The notes: a model not told the origin generated them from the sequence alone. 64,000 nt of DNA from Nitrospirota bacterium (GCA_963737155.1 CAVTRN010000001.1:416001-480000), one strand, 5' to 3'. Positions 20,365 through 29,381 are shown, numbered from the stretch's first letter. Translations and numbers: made by a program.

Positions 20365-21402
20365 TCAAGGGTTTTTATTTGCTAAATGATGACGTAAAGC
20401 GTTCCGTGCTTTAAAAGATTCCTTGCAACGATTGACTTTCATGGTCTTGATATCAAGGTAGGACAAAAGAGGTTGAAGCATCTTGCCTGCCTCATCGGTT
20501 TCGAGCATGATTTCTCGTGGATAGCTGTTATTGTTTGCTATGATTTGAAGAAGATATTCAACAAACGGTTGATGATATGAATCGGGTTTAGCCGCATGAG
20601 TGCCAAGAACCATGCCACTCTGTGTTTCTACAATAAGAAGCATCATGGGGTAGTAGGGCCTCTCTCCCTGTTCCTGAATAGGCATATTTTCGAGAGAATA
20701 CGTAAACTCCCACGTTGTCCTTGTCTTCTCCGCATTGGACTTAATCCGCATGATGCCGACTTCGTCAATCTGAGCTGGTGCAACAGCTTTCTGGCGAATC
20801 GGTTCGGGTAGCAGCCATTCATCAACCCAAACATGAGAACCGCTTATTGTATCACTCATCCTGACAAGATATTTAGGACGCTTGGAGCGGATAATATCGG
20901 GGTTATCCTTGAACCGCATACTGACATCCAACACTTGCTCTATTGCCATAGACAGATAATCCGCTTCATCGCCCGAAATGAACCAAGGCACGTATCCTGG
21001 GGTCATGTCGCGGATTACTGGATACTGTTTTGCCCCTTTCAGAGTAATTCCCAGCTCTTCAATGACTTGGATATCCTCATCATAGAGTTCAGATTTGTTG
21101 TCATAGGTAATGCTCAAGCATTTCTGGGAAAGAAACAACATGAAATCCTCTTCAGAAAATTCGGCATGGTCCGGCATATTCTTATAGCTTTCCAAACCAT
21201 CTGTACCCATATATATGATAAATCCTAGCAGTTGACCAAGATTGCCGATGATGCAGCAGTAGCCAACTTCACCTGTTTTCGGATTTTCAATGCCAAACAC
21301 ATCGTCTTCGGTCATCCATTCCCAGCAAGCAGCCTTTCTGAATCTGATGCAGGCATCATAAAGAGTTTTCCATTGAGCCAATGTCGGCTGTGTCACAGTC
21401 AT
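20365..21402 (-). CDS. Conserved hypothetical protein (DUF7309/DUF6930-like as recalled)
   Basis: W..LY...F...W.WM..D.F...GEVGYC.I.G, PGYVPW, RPYYP. Confidence 0.55.
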   Translation of the reverse strand: MTVTQPTLAQWKTLYDACIRFRKAACWEWMTEDDVFGIENPKTGEVGYCCIIGNLGQLLGFIIYMGTDGLESYKNMPDHAEFSEEDFMLFLSQKCLSITYDNKSELYDEDIQVIEELGITLKGAKQYPVIRDMTPGYVPWFISGDEADYLSMAIEQVLDVSMRFKDNPDIIRSKRPKYLVRMSDTISGSHVWVDEWLLPEPIRQKAVAPAQIDEVGIMRIKSNAEKTRTTWEFTYSLENMPIQEQGERPYYPMMLLIVETQSGMVLGTHAAKPDSYHQPFVEYLLQIIANNNSYPREIMLETDEAGKMLQPLLSYLDIKTMKVNRCKESFKARNALRHHLANKNP

Positions 21403-21433
21403 GACATTCCTTTCCCTTTAGAGAGCATTATCC

Positions 21434-21991
21434 TCAGTTCATAACCAAGTAACTTAATGCCGTCTGCCTCTTCCGATTAACCACCTGCTTTACCGCCATT
21501 GAGAGTACCTTCCTGCTGCCGGCTTGGGACTTGCTGAAGCACAATTTTTTTAAGATTCCATAAACTTTTGAATATATGCCAGAAGCACCAGATTCCCGTT
21601 GACCAGCAACATTAAGAACTTGGGGCTTGATTATATTTAGCCATTCAGTTATTTCCTCCACAGCGTCTTCAACGGATACTTTTTTAAGATTAATATGGAG
21701 ATATGGTTTCCCGTACTCCTTTGCAAAATCAATAGTCTTTTTTGTCCCGCCAGTTAATGTACCATACGTGAATGCAAGTGTAGCATCTGCATCTACTACG
21801 TTCTTTCTTGTACGAGCAATATACTCCCCCTCCTCCAATTCTGTCAGGTGAGGATACTTTTCTGAATCAATAGGACCATCTTCGGCAAGTCTGCCCTTTG
21901 GGATAGAACCGCCGTAATCCATCCCCAGCTCAATCGCTACATCCAAGGCTGCTCTGTCTGCACCAGTCTGTCCACCCGAAATGATTTTCAC
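21434..21991 (-). CDS. SLOG-family 'putative molybdenum carrier' (circularly permuted YpsA-like) protein
   Basis: KIISGGQTGADRAALD, RT..NV..DAT, GGT..T, LNVAG.RES. Confidence 0.88.
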   Translation of the reverse strand: MKIISGGQTGADRAALDVAIELGMDYGGSIPKGRLAEDGPIDSEKYPHLTELEEGEYIARTRKNVVDADATLAFTYGTLTGGTKKTIDFAKEYGKPYLHINLKKVSVEDAVEEITEWLNIIKPQVLNVAGQRESGASGIYSKVYGILKKLCFSKSQAGSRKVLSMAVKQVVNRKRQTALSYLVMN

Positions 21992-22620
21992 TGTTGAACT
22001 TTCTCATATTTATAATAAAGATGTTGAAAAAGTTTTGCCTGCCAATATGTAGCAAGTAATGAAATAACAGAAAAAGCAAAAAATAAAACTTTATATACAG
22101 ACCATAAACCCACTATTAATTTGAGTCCAGTCATCATGACATGGAGATAAAATAGGATTAGAAAAGCTCCTGATAGTTTCTTAAAATAAGGCATCTCCTC
22201 ATTCTTTATTGTCCTAAAAACATAGAACAGCAAAAACGTAGTTGCCATCGGCACCACTTTATATTTATCATATAATCCATCGAATGTATAAGGCATGTTC
22301 AACAAAATAAATCCCGCGATTCCCATTAGCATATTTATCGAAATAATGGCATGCAATCTATCATTGCCAATGATGCGAGAATATTTTATATAGCCCAGGG
22401 AAAGATAGAGCGATACAATCAATGCAATAAATCCTCCAATTCCATTTCCAACGATTTGCAAAACCAGATTGTTCAATATGTCAATTTTAAATACATAGAC
22501 TGCTATGCTAAATGAAATCCCCAAGGCAATGCTGGCAAAATAAAGAACGTAGCAATACTGAAACTTAACAAACCTTGCCACTTGATAGGTTCTTTGCTTT
22601 AAAGAATCAAGTACGTTCAT
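21988..22620 (-). CDS. Multi-TM hypothetical membrane protein
   Basis: About six hydrophobic segments; overlaps the SLOG gene start. Confidence 0.7.
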   Translation of the reverse strand: MNVLDSLKQRTYQVARFVKFQYCYVLYFASIALGISFSIAVYVFKIDILNNLVLQIVGNGIGGFIALIVSLYLSLGYIKYSRIIGNDRLHAIISINMLMGIAGFILLNMPYTFDGLYDKYKVVPMATTFLLFYVFRTIKNEEMPYFKKLSGAFLILFYLHVMMTGLKLIVGLWSVYKVLFFAFSVISLLATYWQAKLFQHLYYKYEKVQQ

Positions 22621-22686
22621 GGTTTTCCTCGTTGGTAATCAGGTAACCTAGTGCTTAAAATCGAATATGCCACCAGTGTCTCTGGC

Positions 22687-23013
22687 TTAATGCATAATTT
22701 CACCAGTAGACCTCATATCCCAGATTGTCCCCTGCCAGTTGTTGATTATCCCTCGGTCTCCACACTTGAGACACTCCCAATAGATTTCATCTGTATCCGG
22801 ATGTACATAACCAGTGATTTCCCCTAAACACGGCTTCCTCTTTGGTTTCCGTCTGCAATATACTTGATGCTCTGGAGGATATTCTATCTCAGAAGCCATG
22901 ACAATGATTGCCGCGAAGTATTCTGCGAGCTTCGCCGCTGCAATCGGCCCAGTTATCATCTCTCCCTTTTCATCCAGAAAATGGGTGATATCAGTAATCC
23001 AGGTGTCTGCCAT
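22687..23013 (-). CDS. Small Zn-binding hypothetical protein
   Basis: CRRKPKRKPC...WECLKCGDRG; start placed at ATG 23013. Confidence 0.7.
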   Translation of the reverse strand: MADTWITDITHFLDEKGEMITGPIAAAKLAEYFAAIIVMASEIEYPPEHQVYCRRKPKRKPCLGEITGYVHPDTDEIYWECLKCGDRGIINNWQGTIWDMRSTGEIMH

Positions 23014-23697
23014 TATTGTTTTCCCTTTTGGATGCGGGTCAGTATTCTTATTGACATCTTTGGCTACCAGATTATACCGCAGAACCACCTTATCATGGAA
23101 GCAGGATTCCTTATTATATGGTCATGATGGTAGAGGAACGGGGACGGAATTATTGCGCGGGAAGGTTCATGCCAAGAACTGACCCATAAGAAGGAGAAAA
23201 AGCTCAGGGTGGTCAATTTTCGGTTATCAAAGCCAGATATTGTAGTAGCAACCGGTAGCTGCGGTTGGTTCCTATAATGAAGAGATTGTATAGTAGAGGT
23301 CTATTATGTGGAAGATGGCTTGCTGTGAGTTTACCCGGATAATACAAAAGCACACCAAACTGCGGTGTGCTCTCTACTCTACTACCCTCTGCCACTGCTC
23401 ACCCGTGAACGCCTCCCGCTACCGTTCAATCGATGAATCTTTCATTCTCGGCAGAAGAGTTTCAGCCATACTGCAGCCTATTGGCTGCTTGTCTGCCCTG
23501 AGTGTGTTCTGGAACTGTGCCAGTCTTTAGCTTCGGGGCGTTTCTTATGTGGGCTGATTCGCGGGTGCTTATTCATTCCGAATAATCAGGCGGCGTATCT
23601 GACATTAAGTTCACCCCCGTCCTGTGCTACATTGCTTCTGTTTCTCATAGTATAGCACTGAATGGGATATATGGGGCGGGGGGTCAAAATTTGACGC

Positions 23698-24037
23698 TGA
23701 TTCCGGTTCAGTTGTTCAAATTAGGGTCGGAGAGGTCAGTCAGGGGACAGTGGTCTGCAAACGGCTTTGGGGTCACCGGGGCAGAATGCAGAACCCCGAT
23801 TTGGGCATTCCGGGTATCCCCCAAGGCGGTTGTGCCGCCGGGTGTCCGGGAAACCCCCGGTGACCATTCAAAAGCCCTATAAAACGGTATTGGGGGCATG
23901 GGCGGGGGCGGGATTTGGGTCGGTGATGACGCCGAATCGGAATCACCGGGGAATGCCACTCACCGGCTCAAATCCTGGCATGGATTCCGAGACAATCCAA
24001 ACAACTGCCGCACCCTTTCCGTAGAACAGTTCTACGG
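23698..24037. other. GC-rich nested inverted-repeat (highly foldable) non-coding block
   Basis: 23698-23709 pairs with 23934-23945; 23771-23781 pairs with 23855-23865; palindrome at 24019-24037. Confidence 0.6.
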
Positions 24038-24097
24038 GCATCTGAGGCTATTCAGGCTAGCTGTTTGAGGTGGTTCTGCTGATGTATTACAATCCCA

Positions 24098-24137
24098 GAA
24101 AAACTTAAACCCCGGCAGAAGTAATCTACCGAGGTTT
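24098..24137 (-). terminator. Intrinsic terminator
   Basis: AAACCTCGGTAGA-ttact-TCTGCCGGGGTTT (13 bp, two U.G pairs possible only on minus strand) followed by AAGTTTTT. Confidence 0.7.
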
Positions 24138-24946
24138 TACATGGTCATAATTTGATATGGTCTTAACGTTATTGTTATGGGTTAACAGTATTCATTCTCA
24201 AGCTATTAACTTCACTCAACCTTATTAAATCTTCTGTTGAGCTACTTCTTTTGTTATCGTGAACATCTTGTTTAGAGGTATTCATAACTTCGTAAGAGCA
24301 GGTTCTCTTACTATACACCCACCATCCTATCAGTATCTCAAAGCCTTTTGAAGTATGCTTCAAGTTACCTGCCCGATAGGGTAGGTAATACTTCGGAGAA
24401 TGAGAAAAGCGAGGAGCTTTTAGGGTTCTGGTTGTTTCAGTAGTTCTAGTTGTAGAAGCTCTTCTGCTTGTTCTTGATTCTGTTCTTGTCCTTGTATTTG
24501 AATTTGTCTTAACTTGGTTATCAGCTTAACTTGTACTTGTTATATTAGTTATTATTGTTTTAGTAGTTGTTGTTTGTCTTATACGGGAATTAGTATGATT
24601 TTAAATTTTAATAGTCTTAACGTTATCAGTTTTGTTGTTTCTTTTTGTTGGGGGATTTACTTTTTGCTTCCGCGCTTGAGCAGTCCTACGATTATGACTT
24701 GCATTTTTATATCAGCTTAACTTAAATTCTTTTTCTTCAATGGGCTTAACTTGTTTTTGGGCATAACTTTTAGTCGTTCATCTTTAGGTGGGCTTAACTT
24801 CGTGCGTTCAGTTACTTTACTGGTATCCGCACTACTCTTCTTGTCATAATCATTACCGTCCCGGCTACATAGAAACCTGTAGATGGGCAAACCACTGTAC
24901 GTGTCCGTGGACACTACACGCCATAGGTGATGCTACTGCTATTCAA

Positions 24947-24960
24947 TTGTCAAAGAACTC
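24947..24960 (-). promoter_or_regulatory. boxA-like Nus antitermination element
   Basis: GAGTTCTTTGACAA versus consensus GYTCTTTAANA, ~25 nt after the predicted TSS. Confidence 0.65.
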
Positions 24961-24984
24961 GGTGCTGCTCAACTTCTTAATTAT

Positions 24985-25019
24985 GGCTGCATTTTACCAG
25001 AATTTTAAAAGGCAGTCAA
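24985..25019 (-). promoter_or_regulatory. Strong sigma70 promoter
   Basis: TTGACT-17-TAAAAT with extended TG and GC-rich discriminator GCAGCC. Confidence 0.8.
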
Positions 25020-25099
25020 ATTGGGACCGCCGAAATCGAAAAAAAGTTGAGTCAAAATCAAAAATAACGCGCCTACGGGGGTTTCACGGAAAAATATTT

Positions 25100-25279
25100 T
25101 TATTTCCCGGCCGCTCTCATGCCACCGGGGAGCATCTCCCTGATTCCTGGCGTTGGATTGTCAATGACCTCGGAGAGCCGCATACGGATAACAGATGATA
25201 GACTCAGCCTCAACCTCTGTGCTTCCTGAGATAAGTAAAGGAAATCGGCGGCGGTCAATCTTACGGTTACTGTTTTCAT
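25100..25279 (-). CDS. Ribbon-helix-helix (CopG/Arc-like) protein
   Basis: MKTVTVRL...LSQEA...SLSSVIR; GAGGAG RBS. Confidence 0.7.
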   Translation of the reverse strand: MKTVTVRLTAADFLYLSQEAQRLRLSLSSVIRMRLSEVIDNPTPGIREMLPGGMRAAGK

Positions 25280-25451
25280 CTTCGGGCTCCTCATGTAAAA
25301 ACATCACTTGCTTATAAATACTACTGAGGCGGAACGGTTTGGGAAGAATATTTCCGCCCTCATAATATATACTCACGAGGATAAACCATAATAAACAAAT
25401 ATCTCCTGCGGTCAAAAAAGGGCTATTGTAAACCGTTAATGGTCAGGTTAA

Positions 25452-26822
25452 TTAGAAATCATTGATACCTTTCCCGGTTAAACGTTTTATTTTTCTCCAA
25501 AAACTTGTGTATTGACTTTTTGGCAAACCTTCCTCTAAAAGCACTGACTTTATGTCTTTTCCACTTCTTTTAATTTGTTCTATTCTTGACTCTAATAAAA
25601 TGACTAACATTTTTTGACCATATGAGAAAATGTCCTTTAATTTCTCTTTTTCAATAGTTCCTGCAAACATAGAGAGTGATTGCAGGAAAGCATTGGTCGA
25701 ACTCTGGAATGAATCAGAAGTCACTGTCCATAAATCATCGGTTAAAATTTCGGTTCTGCCTGCAATTTTTGCTTTGATGATGGCTCTAATGAGTATTGAT
25801 TCAAGTTCTCTATAGTTCCCTGTATACTTCAATTGCAGAAGGTGAGAAATCGCACCCTCTGATAGGCTTATATTTTCAGAAGACTTTAACTTTTTGCGCG
25901 CCTGCTTGACTGAATTTTTTAATACCATGTCAGGAAGAACTTTTAACCTATCATTTAAGTTCGGTAAATAAATAGGATAGTAAAATCTATATCGCAAATC
26001 GGGAAGCATTTCATCTTTTTCAATGTGTGTCGGCTGAACAGCCGTAATAAATCGAATGTCAATATCCTCTGGTTCTGATTTTCCCAGCTGTTTGAACTTT
26101 TTCTCTTCAATGACTTTCAGCATTTTAGCTTGAACGTGCAGAGACGCTTTACCAATTTCATCTAAGAAGAGAGTGCCGCCATTAGCTCCTCGCAGCATGG
26201 GAACTAATTCTTCTTTATTATGGAAGCCAGGATAATTCGGTATTACTCCGAATAATTCAGCTTCTAATAAATCTTCCGGCATCGCGGCACAATTAATAGA
26301 AAACCAAGGTTTACTTCTGCGATTGCTCATACTATGCAGAGCGCGCGCCAATAGTCCCTTACTTGTCCCCGTTTCCCCAAATATGATAATTGATATGTCT
26401 TCTTTAGCTACCTCATAAAATTCCCGCAGATAATGCTTATCAACAGCACCTACTTTAAGGTCATATCTATCAGATATGTCCATCATAACAATGTCTGGGA
26501 TTTGTTCCAACATCATCGCCACGGCAGGAATTAAAAAATTAAATCGTACATCCTTCTCAAAATCCTTATAAAAAATATTCTCGAACATTACTCGAGCTTC
26601 CTCCAAGTCATCCTGTTCGATGGCACTATTGAGATAATATAATGCGTTTGCTATGTAGGATTTCCTTTCTCCCAAGGAAGCAATTATATTTGTTCGCAAT
26701 TCTTCAGATTTGCCGCTAATCACCTTCAGGTCTTTGGGAATAACTCTCTTTATTAGCTCGTATGCAGTTTCCTGGGACATTATTTCCTCCAATAGCCTTA
26801 ATTGATTATCATAAATAACCAT
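25452..26822 (-). CDS. Sigma54-activator-like AAA+ regulator with non-canonical motifs
   Basis: GETGTSK, INCAA, EAELFG, GGTLFLDEIG, GNYREL; GAFTGA replaced by VIPNYPGFH. Confidence 0.88.
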   Translation of the reverse strand: MVIYDNQLRLLEEIMSQETAYELIKRVIPKDLKVISGKSEELRTNIIASLGERKSYIANALYYLNSAIEQDDLEEARVMFENIFYKDFEKDVRFNFLIPAVAMMLEQIPDIVMMDISDRYDLKVGAVDKHYLREFYEVAKEDISIIIFGETGTSKGLLARALHSMSNRRSKPWFSINCAAMPEDLLEAELFGVIPNYPGFHNKEELVPMLRGANGGTLFLDEIGKASLHVQAKMLKVIEEKKFKQLGKSEPEDIDIRFITAVQPTHIEKDEMLPDLRYRFYYPIYLPNLNDRLKVLPDMVLKNSVKQARKKLKSSENISLSEGAISHLLQLKYTGNYRELESILIRAIIKAKIAGRTEILTDDLWTVTSDSFQSSTNAFLQSLSMFAGTIEKEKLKDIFSYGQKMLVILLESRIEQIKRSGKDIKSVLLEEGLPKSQYTSFWRKIKRLTGKGINDF

Positions 26823-26852
26823 TTAAGTCTATCACAACCTCTAAAAAGTATC

Positions 26853-26910
26853 AATATAAACTATAAGTTGTTGTTTATATTACTTTATTTACTTTGGCAT
26901 TCAGTATGCA
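26853..26910 (+). promoter_or_regulatory. Sigma54 -24/-12 promoter with adjacent 9-bp inverted repeat
   Basis: TGGCATTCAGTATGCA (GG-N10-GC, 26895-26910); AATATAAAC-N11-GTTTATATT (26853-26881). Confidence 0.6.
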
Positions 26911-26955
26911 ATATAGTCGATTATTAATGTCAACGGATATGAAAGGGAATTAATC

Positions 26956-27267
26956 ATGAAACTTTTGCGTACTGGTATGGCAATTTCATTTCGATTACCC
27001 GCATATAGTAACAAGCATAAGTTCCGCCCTCTTTCAACGGGGCTTATCCTTGCCGATTACTACACAGTGAACGGCGGCACTCATATTTTCAAAATCCAAA
27101 CAGAGAAAGGCATTATCCATATGAATGGTGCGTCACTTTACCCTGACGCTCAGGTTCTTAAATCAAAGATAGGATTTACGATACGTGACCTCATTGGTGT
27201 CAACAACTCGAACAAAATTTCGAACAAAATAATATCACTGTGCAAGCAAGATAAACCCCCACCATAG
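26956..27267 (+). CDS. Hypothetical protein
   Basis: First ORF after the sigma54 motif, AAGGGA RBS. Confidence 0.55.
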   Translation: MKLLRTGMAISFRLPAYSNKHKFRPLSTGLILADYYTVNGGTHIFKIQTEKGIIHMNGASLYPDAQVLKSKIGFTIRDLIGVNNSNKISNKIISLCKQDKPPP

Positions 27268-27310
27268 TAGCCAAATATGCAAAACCAAAGGTGGTTCAAC
27301 ACAACATAGC

Positions 27311-27871
27311 ATGACGCGCACCCAAAACTCAGAAAGGATTATCCAAATGAGTACCCATATCAAAGTATTGTTTACTGACAGGTATAAAGCACCTGTATTC
27401 ACAACCATAGCTGCTTCTGAAATCGCGTTCCAATATGTTCGTGAGGGTAAATTAGAAATTACTCTACTTAAAGAACATATTATCGAGGTGCTTTGCAATC
27501 CCCAAGATAAGGTGAATGCACCGTTATCTATCGCAATTGCCAAGTTCATTCCTGATAATTTGGCAATTATCAACCATTCTTTTGAGAATACTAGAATTCC
27601 TGAGTTTTATATAACGCCTCTTGCGGTGCTTGGTAAATATTTTATTGTCGCTCTCCGTGAGCCTCTAAACGACAACACTTGGGAACGCATTGATTATGCG
27701 AGAAACGTTTTTCGAGGATTGAATCACGCTGAGGAATCAATTTTAAATTCCTTGCTGAAAGTTTTTTACAAGGAACGTTTAGTGTGGGTAAACGCTCTTT
27801 TCAGGCAATTAACGAGCGTAGGCAATGCCTGTGGCATAGAAATTAAGCGTGTTTCCAATAATCCAGAGTAG
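27311..27871 (+). CDS. Hypothetical protein
   Basis: 186-aa ORF; likely start near 27347 after AAAGGA. Confidence 0.6.
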   Translation: MTRTQNSERIIQMSTHIKVLFTDRYKAPVFTTIAASEIAFQYVREGKLEITLLKEHIIEVLCNPQDKVNAPLSIAIAKFIPDNLAIINHSFENTRIPEFYITPLAVLGKYFIVALREPLNDNTWERIDYARNVFRGLNHAEESILNSLLKVFYKERLVWVNALFRQLTSVGNACGIEIKRVSNNPE

Positions 27872-27941
27872 CTAATTTCACACATATTTAAGTAGAGGCT
27901 CAATGCCCCTGCCCTATCTTAACAATAGAAAGGATATAACA

Positions 27942-28145
27942 ATGATTAAAATTAAGCGGAAACGTGTCGGCGAGTCCGACAAGTATGATTCAGGTTCAAA
28001 ACCATTCTCTGTGCATTTTTCAGACGGCACCATTATGAGCTTGGTTGAAGAGAAAGATTTAGCAAGCTTCACCAAAGAACAAGAGAGCAAAGGTTGTACT
28101 GTCATTAATTTATTCGACCTCGTGAATAAACAAAGGTGGCATTAA
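27942..28145 (+). CDS. Small hypothetical protein
   Basis: AAAGGA RBS before ATG 27942. Confidence 0.55.
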   Translation: MIKIKRKRVGESDKYDSGSKPFSVHFSDGTIMSLVEEKDLASFTKEQESKGCTVINLFDLVNKQRWH

Positions 28146-28161
28146 GAAAGAGGGTGATAAA

Positions 28162-28190
28162 GAGAGCCGGTCACAGGCTGACCGGCTCTC
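28162..28190. terminator. Strong intergenic hairpin
   Basis: GAGAGCCGGTCA-caggc-TGACCGGCTCTC. Confidence 0.55.
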
Positions 28191-28281
28191 AGAAAACAAT
28201 GACAATCCCGTCAATCGCGTAATCGGTGAAAGCTGAGGAACAAATCTATTAACCATTGTTTATCTAAATGAGGTGATATCT

Positions 28282-28713
28282 ATGTACGAGAACGAGATTC
28301 ATTTAAGCAAGCGTGAGTTAAGGAAACGTTTCGAGAAAGAAATCCAAGAGAACGGGCAACAGTATCTCGAAACCATTCTTACGCAAGTTGAGGAAATCAT
28401 TGACGAGATTCAACACGTTCTCATCAGTGACATTACTCTCGAAAATTACCATGACGATTTTCTTATGCATGCCGCTTTCAAACTTGAGTGCTATATCGAG
28501 AACCTCGAATCGTCAGAATCCGAACAGGATATCGATATAGTTTCTGACCTTGAAAACATAGTTGCTTATCTCAAGAAACTCGCTGACGCATATGTTGATA
28601 TGTATAACGCTGTTGACGACCTTGAGAACGATAACATTGCGGGATTGATTCAAACTCTCAAGAAAAGTGGCAATGCTTATCTCGAAAGAAAGGAGGTAAA
28701 TTCTTATGAATAA
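28282..28713 (+). CDS. Highly acidic helical hypothetical protein
   Basis: GAGGTG RBS; roughly 33 D/E versus 13 K/R by hand count. Confidence 0.7.
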   Translation: MYENEIHLSKRELRKRFEKEIQENGQQYLETILTQVEEIIDEIQHVLISDITLENYHDDFLMHAAFKLECYIENLESSESEQDIDIVSDLENIVAYLKKLADAYVDMYNAVDDLENDNIAGLIQTLKKSGNAYLERKEVNSYE

Positions 28714-28857
28714 GAGAATCGCTGTAAAAAAGGCTGGGCTACAGATAGTGACGATATGTTGAAAGCGGAATTAATAGCTTTAGCAAAGTCAGGCGCACCG
28801 CGACCCAAAGATAATTCACGCTTGGGCAAAGCACTATTGAGATTTACAACAAAATAA
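28706..28857 (+). CDS. Small single-repeat paralogue of 28920-29381 requiring a -1 shift at A_AAA_AAG
   Basis: AAGGAGG RBS; -1 frame reads KAELIALAKSGAPRPKDNSRLGKALLRFTTK. Confidence 0.55.
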
Positions 28858-28864
28858 TCTTACT

Positions 28865-28897
28865 CCCCCGCCATTAGGCGGGGGGATTCTTTAATTC
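28865..28897 (+). terminator. Hairpin terminator, copy 1
   Basis: CCCCCGCC-atta-GGCGGGGG-gattctttaattc, repeated at 29389. Confidence 0.75.
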
Positions 28898-28919
28898 TTA
28901 TAAAAAGGAGAATACGGTA

Positions 28920-29381
28920 ATGAAAAAGCATCCGACTCGGAAGGAATTGGTAAAACTCTTAGGCGACAGTTTCGATGCAAGCACCTTCAGGTGTGAGGAA
29001 TTTGTGTTAAATACGAAAGGCAATTGGGAGTATCAGTTTAATGAAAAAGCCCTGATGAGGGAGTTGAAGGCTTTGCATGATTCGGGAGCACCGAAACCTA
29101 AGCCAAATACCCGTTTGGGTAATGCATTAGCAACACTTATGGGAAGCGGGAAGAGAAAGCACATGACAAAGCAGGAATTATCAAGACTCATTTTGTACGG
29201 CTTTGACGCAAGTACATTTAGGCGTGAGGATTTTGTTTTAGATACAAAGGGTAACTGGGAATATAAGCCTGATGAAAAAGCTCAAAAACGAGAGCTGCTT
29301 GCCTTGGCAAAGTCAGGCGCACCGAGACCCAAGCCGAATACTCGATTGGGCATTGCATTCGCAAGATTTACCACAAAATAG
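28920..29381 (+). CDS. Hypothetical protein with two ~77-aa internal repeats
   Basis: FDASTFR.E.FVL.TKGNWEY...SGAP.PKPNTRLG occurs twice. Confidence 0.85.
   Translation: MKKHPTRKELVKLLGDSFDASTFRCEEFVLNTKGNWEYQFNEKALMRELKALHDSGAPKPKPNTRLGNALATLMGSGKRKHMTKQELSRLILYGFDASTFRREDFVLDTKGNWEYKPDEKAQKRELLALAKSGAPRPKPNTRLGIAFARFTTK

Larger units (their letters stand above)
24098..24984 (-). ncRNA. Candidate ~890-nt structured non-coding RNA
   Basis: Near-consensus promoter, boxA, no credible ORF, several helices, repeated GTTAAG, terminator. Confidence 0.6.

Noticed and set aside
24150-24800. CRISPR array suggested by boxA and repeats
   Set aside because: Repeats are 6-13 bp with irregular spacing; no cas genes in the window
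24175-24914. Short ORFs (62-68 aa) in the A-rich block
   Set aside because: No RBS, low complexity and stops in all frames; better explained as non-coding, though a decayed gene is not excluded
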